64,000 nucleotides of DNA from a virus (Duplodnaviria > Heunggongvirae > Uroviricota > Caudoviricetes). The stretch is taken from the IMG/VR virus record IMGVR_UViG_3300038345_000251, positions 96,001 through 160,000 of that record, one strand, 5' to 3'. Of this stretch, positions 36,554 through 45,177 are shown piece by piece. The first letter of the stretch is position 1. The number at the start of each line of letters is the position of its first letter. A model generated the notes under the pieces. The model did not search any database. It was not told where the DNA came from and saw only the letters and a program-made list of their open reading frames with translations. The translations under genes and the position numbers were made by a program.

Positions 36554-37633
36554 ATGGAAGGTAAAGTTTTAGTTACAGGTTCTAACGGACAATTAGGACA
36601 ATGTTTTAAATATATTTCAAATTATAGTTTTATGTGTGATGCATCAAGATATGTTTTTGTCACAAGAGAAGATTTTGATATAACAAATGATAAAATGATG
36701 AAAAATTATCTTGATAAGTATAATGATATTAAGATAATTATAAATTGTGCTGCATATACAGATGTTAAAGGTGCTGAAAGCGAAGAAGGTTATAAAAAGG
36801 CAATGTTAGCCAATAGAAATGCAGTAAAAAGTCTTGCACGTTTATGTAAAGAAAGAAACATATTTCTTATTCATTTTGGAACTGATTATATGTTTAATAC
36901 AGATGTGTGGCATTTTAACGGTGGTAATGTTTATCATAATGAGTTTTTACCTGTAGATGAAGAGGCAATTCATTGGAGATATAGGAATGAATTTTTTAAT
37001 ATGCATTATGTCAATAGTGGTGAAATAAATAAATATGGACTTTCTAAACTTCTTGGTATACATGAAATTTTTAATGAAATGTTACCAAAACATGAAGATA
37101 AAGTATTAAAACCAAACTTTGTTATAATTGTTGTTTCGTGGTTATATTCACCATATGGAAAAAATTTTGTTAGAACAATTAGAGAACTTTTAAAGAAAGA
37201 TAGAAAACCTGATGAAAAAATAGAGGTTGTTTATACACAAGTTGGTTCACCAACATATGCAATGGATTTGGCACGTTATGTTATTGATGTAATTGAAAAT
37301 GATGATTGTTGTTTTATTAAGAATCCAAATGAATATAATATTGTAGATTATGCTAATTATTTTCATATGATTAATTTTAGCAATCTTGGTGTAGCAAGTT
37401 GGTATGATATTGCAAAAGTAATAGAAAATATTTATTGTTTAACAACAGATAATATTATACCAAGAAAAGAACCTTTGGATAGTGTGTTTAGACCGTCTTA
37501 TAGTGTATTAGATACTAAAAAACTTATTAAATTTAAATCTAATAAAAATTATGTAAGACATTGGTTAGATGCATTAAATGAATGTATTATAGTAATAAGG
37601 AGTAATGAAATAAAAAAAGAGACTGACGAATAA
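36554..37633 (+). CDS. rmlD: dTDP-4-dehydrorhamnose reductase
   Basis: VLVTGSNGQLG, INCAAYTDV, GTDYMF, YGLSK, GKNFV, QVGSPTY, SWYD, RPSYSVLD. Confidence 0.88.
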   Translation: MEGKVLVTGSNGQLGQCFKYISNYSFMCDASRYVFVTREDFDITNDKMMKNYLDKYNDIKIIINCAAYTDVKGAESEEGYKKAMLANRNAVKSLARLCKERNIFLIHFGTDYMFNTDVWHFNGGNVYHNEFLPVDEEAIHWRYRNEFFNMHYVNSGEINKYGLSKLLGIHEIFNEMLPKHEDKVLKPNFVIIVVSWLYSPYGKNFVRTIRELLKKDRKPDEKIEVVYTQVGSPTYAMDLARYVIDVIENDDCCFIKNPNEYNIVDYANYFHMINFSNLGVASWYDIAKVIENIYCLTTDNIIPRKEPLDSVFRPSYSVLDTKKLIKFKSNKNYVRHWLDALNECIIVIRSNEIKKETDE

Positions 37634-37645
37634 TCAGTCTCTTTT
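37615..37645. terminator. Bidirectional terminator
   Basis: AAAAGAGACTGA / TCAGTCTCTTTT between convergent genes. Confidence 0.75.
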
Positions 37646-39311
37646 ATTTTATCCAGATATATTTAATTAATCCACAATCATATATTTTAGTATAACCAAG
37701 TTTTTTTGTCATTTCTTTTTCTGTCATTGTCATTGGTAATCCATATTTTTTATGAAGCCTTTCTTTTCTGAAACCGAATTTATGTTGTCTTATAATACCA
37801 TCACTTGTTTTAAAGTATTTATAATCAGGTAGAGTATATGAATCAAATTTAAATCCTAATTGTAAATATATGTTGTTTTCTTCATCTATAGTCCACCTTC
37901 TATCAGCAAATGATTTAATTTCATCAGGATTATATTTTCTAATAAAATATTTGAACAATTTACCACCAACACCTTGACAAATGTAGTTATAATTACTTGC
38001 AAATCTTGTTAATTCCCATTTCTTTTTATTATGTTCTTGTTTAAAAGTCATTACACCAATTAATTTGTTTTCATAATATGAACCAATGTAAATTGTTGAA
38101 TTAACAAAACCTTGTATGTGATATTTAGTAAGAAATTCTTTAGCAATATCAGATTTTATTTCTTTTATTTCACATTTTCTACCCATAATCTTGGGTAAGT
38201 TTTCACATTTTTTAAGTATATGTTTTATCTTTTCAAAAACAATATCTCTGTTATTGACATATTCATCTTCAAATATTTGAAGGAGTTTAATACCATTTTC
38301 TTTACAAGCATTTAGTTTTTTAAGGTGATAATTTTTATCTGATTTATATTTATCTGAGTGCCATAATAAACCATTATATTCAATTGCTGTGTTTATTTCT
38401 GGAATATATATGTCTAATTCATATGGTTTAATTATACTTCTGTTTGATTGTTCAGTTGATGGATATAATGTTTTACAATATTCATATATTTCGTTTTCTG
38501 CTATTGAAAGGTTTACACCACATTTAGAACAACCGTTACCACATAAGTGATATGATGGTACTTGTTTAAATTCACCGTGAGTGGAACAAATAATTGTAAT
38601 TGGTGTTAAAATATTTTTATATTCAACCTTTGAGTAGTTATATTTATCACCATGTATTTCTTTTGCTTGTTTAATAAAATTTTCTGTTGTTTTTGTTTGT
38701 CTTTCAGATTGTTTTTCTCTAAAACATTTAGGACATTCACATCCTTTAAGATGAACTTCAGGTCTTGTCCAAAATTCTCCGTGTTTAGGACAAATTATAC
38801 AAATTTTAGTTCTATTGTTTTTATATTCAACTTTGGAATAATCGTATTTATTGCCATGAATTTTTATTGATTGTTTAATAAATTCATCTTGTGTTAATGA
38901 AAGTTTTGTTGCCATTTTTTCTTTTCCACATTTAGGACAGCCTCTTTTATTATTAATGTGGTCACATGGCATTTGCCAAAATTCTCCATGTTCACGACAA
39001 ATAATACATACCTTAGTATGGTTATTCAAATATTCAACTTTAGAATAATCGTATTTATTTCCGTGAACTTCTCTTGCTCTTTTAATAAATTCTTCTGTAT
39101 TGTTACTTCTTTTTTCAGAACGGTTTTTACAAGCACATTTAGGACAACCTTGACCCCTATAATGCTGTCTTGCTTCTTGCCAAAATTCTCCATGTTCAGG
39201 ACATATAATACAAACTTTATCAGTTACTTTTTTATACTCAACTTTGGAATAGTCATATTTATTTCCGTGAATTTTCCTTGCTTTTTCTATAAAATTAATT
39301 TTATTAATCAT
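37644..39311 (-). CDS. Homing endonuclease-like protein: four Cys/His repeats, PD-(D/E)XK domain, Mom/GNAT-like domain
   Basis: Paralog of 18066..19766; ELDIYIPE..IEYNGLLWH; WELTRFA..GVGGKLF..SFADRRW..IY..LGF. Confidence 0.8.
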   Translation of the reverse strand: MINKINFIEKARKIHGNKYDYSKVEYKKVTDKVCIICPEHGEFWQEARQHYRGQGCPKCACKNRSEKRSNNTEEFIKRAREVHGNKYDYSKVEYLNNHTKVCIICREHGEFWQMPCDHINNKRGCPKCGKEKMATKLSLTQDEFIKQSIKIHGNKYDYSKVEYKNNRTKICIICPKHGEFWTRPEVHLKGCECPKCFREKQSERQTKTTENFIKQAKEIHGDKYNYSKVEYKNILTPITIICSTHGEFKQVPSYHLCGNGCSKCGVNLSIAENEIYEYCKTLYPSTEQSNRSIIKPYELDIYIPEINTAIEYNGLLWHSDKYKSDKNYHLKKLNACKENGIKLLQIFEDEYVNNRDIVFEKIKHILKKCENLPKIMGRKCEIKEIKSDIAKEFLTKYHIQGFVNSTIYIGSYYENKLIGVMTFKQEHNKKKWELTRFASNYNYICQGVGGKLFKYFIRKYNPDEIKSFADRRWTIDEENNIYLQLGFKFDSYTLPDYKYFKTSDGIIRQHKFGFRKERLHKKYGLPMTMTEKEMTKKLGYTKIYDCGLIKYIWIK

Positions 39312-39343
39312 AAAATGAGTTTTTAATATATTTTTATTTACTA

Positions 39344-39416
39344 ATAAATAGTAGTAAAATGGATTTTTACTATTGTTTTCATTACAAATATATGAAATAT
39401 TTTATTAAAAAACAAG
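39344..39416 (-). promoter_or_regulatory. Tandem host-type (CTTG-N20-TATATTTG) and late (ACTATTTAT) promoters
   Basis: -7 element at 39385..39392; late motif at 39344..39352. Confidence 0.6.
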
Positions 39417-39428
39417 AAAAAAATGTAA

Positions 39429-39463
39429 AAAATAAAGGTTACAATGTTTGTAACCTTTATTTT
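39429..39463 (-). terminator. Terminator after the tail tube gene
   Basis: AAAATAAAGGTTACAA / TTGTAACCTTTATTTT. Confidence 0.8.
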
Positions 39464-39502
39464 ATTTAAATGTTAAAATTTCTATAAATACTTGATAATC
39501 AA

Positions 39503-39991
39503 TTAATAACAGAGTATCGCATAGTCCATCTTGATGGTTGCTGAGATAGTTGCAAGACCATCATCACCATAACTTAAATCCCCAAAGTCAACATTCGTAA
39601 GCCATGCGTTCTTCAAAATCCATTTCTGTACTACTGCACCTGTTGGGTCAAGCATTTCAAGTTCAATATCACGTTTATAACCAGCGGCATAACCTTGTCT
39701 ACCTGTGATTGATTCAGAGGTAAGACGTACCCATTCCATAACAGCCTGTGAAGTTGAAGGACCGATTGGGTCACGGAAAGTAACGTTAATATCATCCCAA
39801 GTGTATCTACCAACTACCCAAGTAGATGTATTAAGGAATTGGATTTCTACAGGATTCTGTTGAATTGAAGGACGTTTTGCAGATTCAAGTGTCCATTCTT
39901 GTATGCCTAAGTCAGCAGGAAAACGGAAAATCCATCTATTCTTTTTAAGCGGCTCATAAGTAAGCGGCATTTTAATCAGTAAATCACTCAT
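39503..39991 (-). CDS. Tail tube protein (gp19-like)
   Basis: EPLKKNRW, GRYTWDDINVTFRDP, YKRDIELEMLDPTG..VQKWIL, FGDLSY; late motif at 40039..40047. Confidence 0.9.
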   Translation of the reverse strand: MSDLLIKMPLTYEPLKKNRWIFRFPADLGIQEWTLESAKRPSIQQNPVEIQFLNTSTWVVGRYTWDDINVTFRDPIGPSTSQAVMEWVRLTSESITGRQGYAAGYKRDIELEMLDPTGAVVQKWILKNAWLTNVDFGDLSYGDDGLATISATIKMDYAILCY

Positions 39992-40072
39992 CTTTAGTCA
40001 ATTATATGTTAATATTATTATTATCTTTTTATTTTTAAATAAATAGTTACTTATTTGTTTTTTTGTAATAAA

Positions 40073-40426
40073 TTATTGTAAACCGTTTTGTTTATTCATA
40101 ACTTCTCTTTGTTCTTCTTTTTCGTTTACGGCTTTATCACAAAGTTGCCAAATTTTCTTAAGTGATTCGTATTCTGGTGACTGAGGACTATCAGCGAGTT
40201 CTGCCATTGCTTTAAGTGACATTTTTCTAATATTGTCAATAAGTTTACGTGCTTTTTCACTCATATCAGGAACTACTTCTTCTTCAGGTTCTTGAATTTC
40301 AGGTGTATCTTGAACGTCTACATCGTTATGTGATTCTTCATATGGACCGAAGTTAAGTGCTTCATTTAAAGTTTTTGGCATTTTTGAAGACAACTTTGTT
40401 ATTTTTTCTATTGTATTTTTCTTCAT
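40073..40426 (-). CDS. Late hypothetical protein
   Basis: 117 aa; ACTATTTAT at 40460..40468. Confidence 0.7.
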   Translation of the reverse strand: MKKNTIEKITKLSSKMPKTLNEALNFGPYEESHNDVDVQDTPEIQEPEEEVVPDMSEKARKLIDNIRKMSLKAMAELADSPQSPEYESLKKIWQLCDKAVNEKEEQREVMNKQNGLQ

Positions 40427-40535
40427 TTCGAAATGTTTTTTTAATCTTATAATTCATTTATAAATAGTTTAATATCTCTATTTTTTCTTTACAAATGTCT
40501 GAAAAATGTTATTTTGATAAAAAACAAGTAAAGTT

Positions 40536-41045
40536 ATGAAGAAAGATGTTACTGAAAAGATTTTTGATTTAATTAAAAATTATACTGAAGATGAAGTAAA
40601 TGAAATAATTGAAAAAGTAAAAGCACTTTATCTTGACAGTATTACTGTACTTGAACCTGAAGAAGTTCATGGACAACAAATCGAGTTTATTAAAACTACT
40701 GAAGAAATTTTTAACTTATGTCCAAAATGTAATTGTATTCCAATAGCAATTGAATATACTGATGGAAACAGTTATATAACAGATACTGATTTTGAAACAG
40801 TTTATGATTATTGTGTAGATTACATTAATGAAGAAATTGGAGAATATGTTATGCCGTTTTTTGATGATGATATGACACTTGGACAGTGGAAAGAACTTAC
40901 AAAAAAGTGGAAATGGTTGAATAGAAATTCTGGAATTAAAGATGGTGCAGATAAAGGTGATTATTGTGAATTCTTTCATTTAAGCGTTTATATGTTTGAT
41001 AAAGCAAGTAAAACAATAAAATTTATTGCTGATATTAATCGTTAA
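40536..41045 (+). CDS. Hypothetical protein
   Basis: 169-aa ORF. Confidence 0.7.
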   Translation: MKKDVTEKIFDLIKNYTEDEVNEIIEKVKALYLDSITVLEPEEVHGQQIEFIKTTEEIFNLCPKCNCIPIAIEYTDGNSYITDTDFETVYDYCVDYINEEIGEYVMPFFDDDMTLGQWKELTKKWKWLNRNSGIKDGADKGDYCEFFHLSVYMFDKASKTIKFIADINR

Positions 41046-41069
41046 TAATAATTAAATAAATAAAATGTT

Positions 41070-41291
41070 ATGGTAGAATTAAATAAAGGTGATATTATTG
41101 AGTGGACACCAGAGAATGGTTTGTTACGTAATAGATTACTTACATGTACAGTTGTTGAAATTTTGAAGGTATATAATCCTGTTACCCTTCAACCGTTGAA
41201 TAGAGTAATTATTGAATTTGAAGTTGATGGAAATAAAGAACAACTTGCATTACCTGTAGACGCTAAATATAAAGTTATACCACAAGAATAA
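41070..41291 (+). CDS. Hypothetical small protein
   Basis: 73-aa ORF. Confidence 0.6.
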   Translation: MVELNKGDIIEWTPENGLLRNRLLTCTVVEILKVYNPVTLQPLNRVIIEFEVDGNKEQLALPVDAKYKVIPQE

Positions 41292-41292
41292 A

Positions 41293-41616
41293 ATGGCTTT
41301 TGTTTATTTGTTGTGTGATAGTGGACAAGATAATATGTTTAAGATAGGTGTAACAAAAACTTCTATCGAAAAACGTATTAAACAGTTACAGACAGGTAAT
41401 GGTTCTGAAATTTTCATTGCTGATTATCACACGACAAATTATCCTTTTTATATCGAAAGGATGTTACATCAAAAGTTTTGTTCAAATAAAAAGAAAGGTG
41501 AGTGGTTTGAGTTAGACATAGATAAAGTAAATTCTTTCAAAGAAGAGTGTAATAGACTAGAAAAATTGATTGAAGTAATGAAGGATAATCCTTTCTTTCA
41601 AAAAAATCTAAAATAA
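41293..41616 (+). CDS. GIY-YIG superfamily T5orf172/MUG113-like protein
   Basis: VYLL..FKIGVTK..IEKRIKQLQTGN..IERMLH..GEWF. Confidence 0.8.
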   Translation: MAFVYLLCDSGQDNMFKIGVTKTSIEKRIKQLQTGNGSEIFIADYHTTNYPFYIERMLHQKFCSNKKKGEWFELDIDKVNSFKEECNRLEKLIEVMKDNPFFQKNLK

Positions 41617-41635
41617 AATATTTATTTTTAAGAGA

Positions 41636-42325
41636 ATGAGAATAGAAGATTATGAGTTTATAGACGATTATGTTTATGACGGTGTTTGGGATGAAGATTG
41701 TGAAAAAAATGGCGTTTCTTTATCTTATGACGTTTTATCTCCTTTAGATGAAGAAGAAATTAATGATGAATTGGATGAAGATATAGAAGATGATTACGAA
41801 CCAGATGAATTGGATGAAGATGAAAATTCAAGTGATTATCGTTCATTTGATGAATATTCACTTGATTATCGTTCATTTATGAGTGCTAATCCAATTCCAT
41901 TTAAGAGTATGGTATGTAATTATAGTTATGTTTGCAAGGATAGATTTCTTGTTAAATTCCCAAATATTCCAAGTTTAAATAATTGTAACATAGACAATGT
42001 TTCTTTTAATTTCTCAAATAGAGACGGTGGAGAATTGAGTTTTGTTATAAATATGTTTGATGACTATTCAACAGTTGTTAATCAAATAATGGATAATTTT
42101 ATGTATCGTTGTGGAAATGATTATATAAAACCAAAAGAAAATAATATAATACTACTTGAAATATTTGACCCAACAGGTGTTGTTGTTTGTACATATACAT
42201 TTTTAAATGTTTTGTTAACAACTTATAATGGTGGTGAGTTTTCATATGGTGATAGTGGTTTACATAATATAAGTTTAAATTTTAAGTTCGATAATATGTT
42301 AACAAATAATAGTTTAAATAAATGA
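41636..42325 (+). CDS. Tail-tube-like paralog with acidic N-terminal extension
   Basis: DRFLVKFP and LEIFDPTGVVVCTYTF..GEFSYGDSG resemble the 39503..39991 product. Confidence 0.6.
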   Translation: MRIEDYEFIDDYVYDGVWDEDCEKNGVSLSYDVLSPLDEEEINDELDEDIEDDYEPDELDEDENSSDYRSFDEYSLDYRSFMSANPIPFKSMVCNYSYVCKDRFLVKFPNIPSLNNCNIDNVSFNFSNRDGGELSFVINMFDDYSTVVNQIMDNFMYRCGNDYIKPKENNIILLEIFDPTGVVVCTYTFLNVLLTTYNGGEFSYGDSGLHNISLNFKFDNMLTNNSLNK

Positions 42326-42328
42326 AAT

Positions 42329-43093
42329 ATGAAAAAAGATTTAAAAAGTGAAAAATTAAGAAGAATTAAAGAATTGGAAAATTCAATTCAGATGTATAAT
42401 GTTAGTATACAGGAAATGGTACAGAGAGGACAATGTGAACAATGGATTGATTTAGTAATGAGCGAAGCGGAAAAGGAACGTAGACTTCTTGAATTTATTA
42501 AATCAATGAATGATGAACAATTTGAGATTTATTATGATAATCCATATGATAGAGTTAAAAAGTTTTTACCTGATACTGTTTCTGAATTTTCTTTTTATAA
42601 AGATTTGTTTAGTAAGTTAGAAGTAAACAATTGTAAACCTGAACGTGCTATTTTTAAAGAAAATGGTAATCATTATCTTGACGATGTTATAGAACCACTT
42701 AGGAAAAATGGGTATTTGGTAACTTTACCTGATTTTTATAATATTGCAGAAAACGAAGTAGTTGAATTTTGGGATGATAAGAAAAAGAAAGAAGTACATC
42801 TTCGTGTAAGAGAAAGTGCTGGAAAAAGACAAATTATTAAGATTTATAATATACTGTACAGTAAACATAGTGATAATGGAAAAGCACCTGAAACAATATA
42901 TGTGGATATAGTTACACCAAATTTACAGACAGATTATGTTCATGTATATAATAATTGTGAATTAGTTGATTTTTTTGAAGATGCTTTAACTTATAAGGTT
43001 GATAAAGATGAAGATAGTTTTAAATATTTTAGTTTGACATTTAGTTATAATGGAGAATCATTTATTTATGATGGAAATCATATATCATTATGA
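42329..43093 (+). CDS. Protein with a divergent tail-tube-like C-terminal domain
   Basis: EPLRKNGYLVTLP (tube: EPLKKNRWIFRFP); IYVDIVTP..YNNCELV..DALTY. Confidence 0.45.
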   Translation: MKKDLKSEKLRRIKELENSIQMYNVSIQEMVQRGQCEQWIDLVMSEAEKERRLLEFIKSMNDEQFEIYYDNPYDRVKKFLPDTVSEFSFYKDLFSKLEVNNCKPERAIFKENGNHYLDDVIEPLRKNGYLVTLPDFYNIAENEVVEFWDDKKKKEVHLRVRESAGKRQIIKIYNILYSKHSDNGKAPETIYVDIVTPNLQTDYVHVYNNCELVDFFEDALTYKVDKDEDSFKYFSLTFSYNGESFIYDGNHISL

Positions 43094-43557
43094 AACAACC
43101 AGTAAAAAACAAAACATTAGTTAAACCAATTAAATCTAAAAAAACAACAGGTAAACGTAAGCATAAAGAGTATGGTACATCTAAACTTGAAGAACGTTTT
43201 GCTAAAGAATTTTTAGATAAACTTGGTGTTGAATACATTTATCAATTTAAGGCTGAAGATATTGGTAGATATTATGATTTTTACTGTCCTAAAGCAAATT
43301 GTATAATTGAAGTTGATGGTGATTTTTATCATTCTTATGGGTTGACACATGAAGAAAAAAATCCGATGCAGAAACATAATGAATATGTTGATAAAATTAA
43401 AGATGAATGGGCATTAATGCATGGAATACCAATACTAAGAATTTGGGAACATGATATAAACAAGAATTCAAGTAAAGTAATGAAAGAATTAAAGAAATAT
43501 ATTGGTGAATGTAATAAGAAAGTTTTACTAAAAGAAAATAAGAAAAAGAGACATTAA
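43090..43557 (+). CDS. DUF559/Vsr-like PD-(D/E)XK endonuclease
   Basis: YDFYCP..IIEVDGDFYH..DKIKD..GIPILRIWEHD. Confidence 0.75.
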   Translation: MKQPVKNKTLVKPIKSKKTTGKRKHKEYGTSKLEERFAKEFLDKLGVEYIYQFKAEDIGRYYDFYCPKANCIIEVDGDFYHSYGLTHEEKNPMQKHNEYVDKIKDEWALMHGIPILRIWEHDINKNSSKVMKELKKYIGECNKKVLLKENKKKRH

Positions 43558-43580
43558 TAATTATTAAAATTTAAACATAA

Positions 43581-44840
43581 ATGGCTAATCCTAAAGAACT
43601 TGAAACATTAAAGAATTCTTTTCTTATGTATGAAAATACAAGAAAACAGACAGAAAAGAACATGAAAACTGCGTTAAATCCTGATGGTACAAAAAAATAC
43701 GATAAGGAAAAAATAGATGCAGAATTGGCATTAATTGATGAAGCAGAAAATGAAGTTATTCAAAAGTATGTTTTAGCAGGTGGAAATGCAGATGATTTAA
43801 AGAAAAAAAGAAGAAAAACAACAAAAACAGTTGATAATAATAATGATTTAACAATTAATGAAATGATTGAAGCAAATAGAAACGATGCACAGCCTATCAT
43901 TACTACGGAAACTGTTATTGAAAAAGATTTTTCTTCATCAAAATTTGAATATAATCCACAGGCAGCATATGACGTAATTCCATTACCTTCAAAGGGGGAA
44001 TGTTATAAGAATAAGATGTCAAAAATTCCTGTAGGTTATCTTACTGCATATGATGAAAATATGATTATTGCTCCAAACTTGTATAAAGATAATAAAATTA
44101 TTGATACAATGCTTAGAGAAAAAGTACTTAATTCAACTGTTGATGTAGAAGATATGCTTGAAGGTGATAGAGAGGCTATTATTCTTTTTCTTAGGGCATC
44201 AGGTTATGGTAATGAATATCCAATTACAGCAACAGATAATGCAACAAATGTGAGTTTTGAAACATATGTTGATTTATCAAAGTTGAAATTTAAAGAGTTT
44301 AAACTTAAAGGTGATGTAAATGGGTGGTTTGAATATACACTTCCTATTTGCGGAAAAACAGTTAAATTTAAGTTTTTAACCCATAGAGATATTGAAAATC
44401 TTAATAGATTGGAAGAACTTGAAGAAGCAAAACTTAGAAAAGATAAATTAAGAGAGATTGTTTCTACGATGGATGATTACGTAGAAAACGATAAGAATCT
44501 TGAACAAAAAGAACGTGTATTAATTAGAAAGGCTATTAGAGATATTGAAAAGTGGGAAGAAGGTATGGATGATGATACACTTTTATACACACATACAGTA
44601 ACTAATAGACTTGAACTTTCCATTATGGAAGTTGATGGTGTGACTGATAGAAGAATTATCCGTGATTTTGTTAGAAACATGAATGTTAAAGATTCATCTG
44701 CTTTGAGAAAATATATCAGAGATAATGAACCTGGTATTGATTATAACATTGAAATTGAAAAACCAGAGTCTCTGGGAGGTGGGACAATGAATGTGTTTCT
44801 TCAACTTGACCAGTATATTTTTCTCAATGTTGCCGAATGA
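43581..44840 (+). CDS. Tail / baseplate-hub assembly chaperone (gp26-like)
   Basis: VIPLPSKG, YLTAYDE, GDREAIILFLR, DSSALRKYI..EPGID; upstream of tape measure. Confidence 0.65.
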   Translation: MANPKELETLKNSFLMYENTRKQTEKNMKTALNPDGTKKYDKEKIDAELALIDEAENEVIQKYVLAGGNADDLKKKRRKTTKTVDNNNDLTINEMIEANRNDAQPIITTETVIEKDFSSSKFEYNPQAAYDVIPLPSKGECYKNKMSKIPVGYLTAYDENMIIAPNLYKDNKIIDTMLREKVLNSTVDVEDMLEGDREAIILFLRASGYGNEYPITATDNATNVSFETYVDLSKLKFKEFKLKGDVNGWFEYTLPICGKTVKFKFLTHRDIENLNRLEELEEAKLRKDKLREIVSTMDDYVENDKNLEQKERVLIRKAIRDIEKWEEGMDDDTLLYTHTVTNRLELSIMEVDGVTDRRIIRDFVRNMNVKDSSALRKYIRDNEPGIDYNIEIEKPESLGGGTMNVFLQLDQYIFLNVAE

Positions 44841-45084
44841 TTATGAAAGAACACTTAAAGATGAAATTTATGGGTGCTTTAAACACATAGGAATTCCAAT
44901 TGAAACCGTCTTTAATATGCCAATTCAAGATAGGAGATATTATATTTTGAAACATAATGAAGAACAAGAAAGACGTAAGAAAGAAATAGATGAACGTGAT
45001 GGTAAAACCGTTACTGAAAATGGAGACCTTAATGCTTATGCACGAAATGAACAGTCTAACAACAGAAACTATTCGAAAATGTAA
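44827..45084 (+). CDS. Small tail assembly protein (gp51-like / chaperone extension)
   Basis: DEIY..FKH.G..VFNMPIQDRRYYI; overlaps the upstream gene in the +1 frame. Confidence 0.6.
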   Translation: MLPNDYERTLKDEIYGCFKHIGIPIETVFNMPIQDRRYYILKHNEEQERRKKEIDERDGKTVTENGDLNAYARNEQSNNRNYSKM

Positions 45085-45113
45085 GAGAACAATAAAAATT
45101 TGTTCTCTTTTTT
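45083..45113 (+). terminator. Intrinsic terminator
   Basis: AAGAGAACAA / TTGTTCTCTT plus U tract. Confidence 0.75.
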
Positions 45114-45177
45114 CTTTAAAGAAATTAAGTACGAGATATTTATAAATGAATAATTGTATTTTTAACAGATTAATTGT

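Noticed and set aside
34977-39311. Diversity-generating retroelement template/variable repeats
   Set aside because: The repeats are protein domain repeats, no adenine-specific pattern was evident, and there is no reverse transcriptase in the window.
41765-41878. Short direct repeats (GATGAATTGGATGAAGAT x2, GATTATCGTTCATTT x2) as mobile-element scars
   Set aside because: In-frame duplications in an acidic low-complexity segment, with no element ends nearby.
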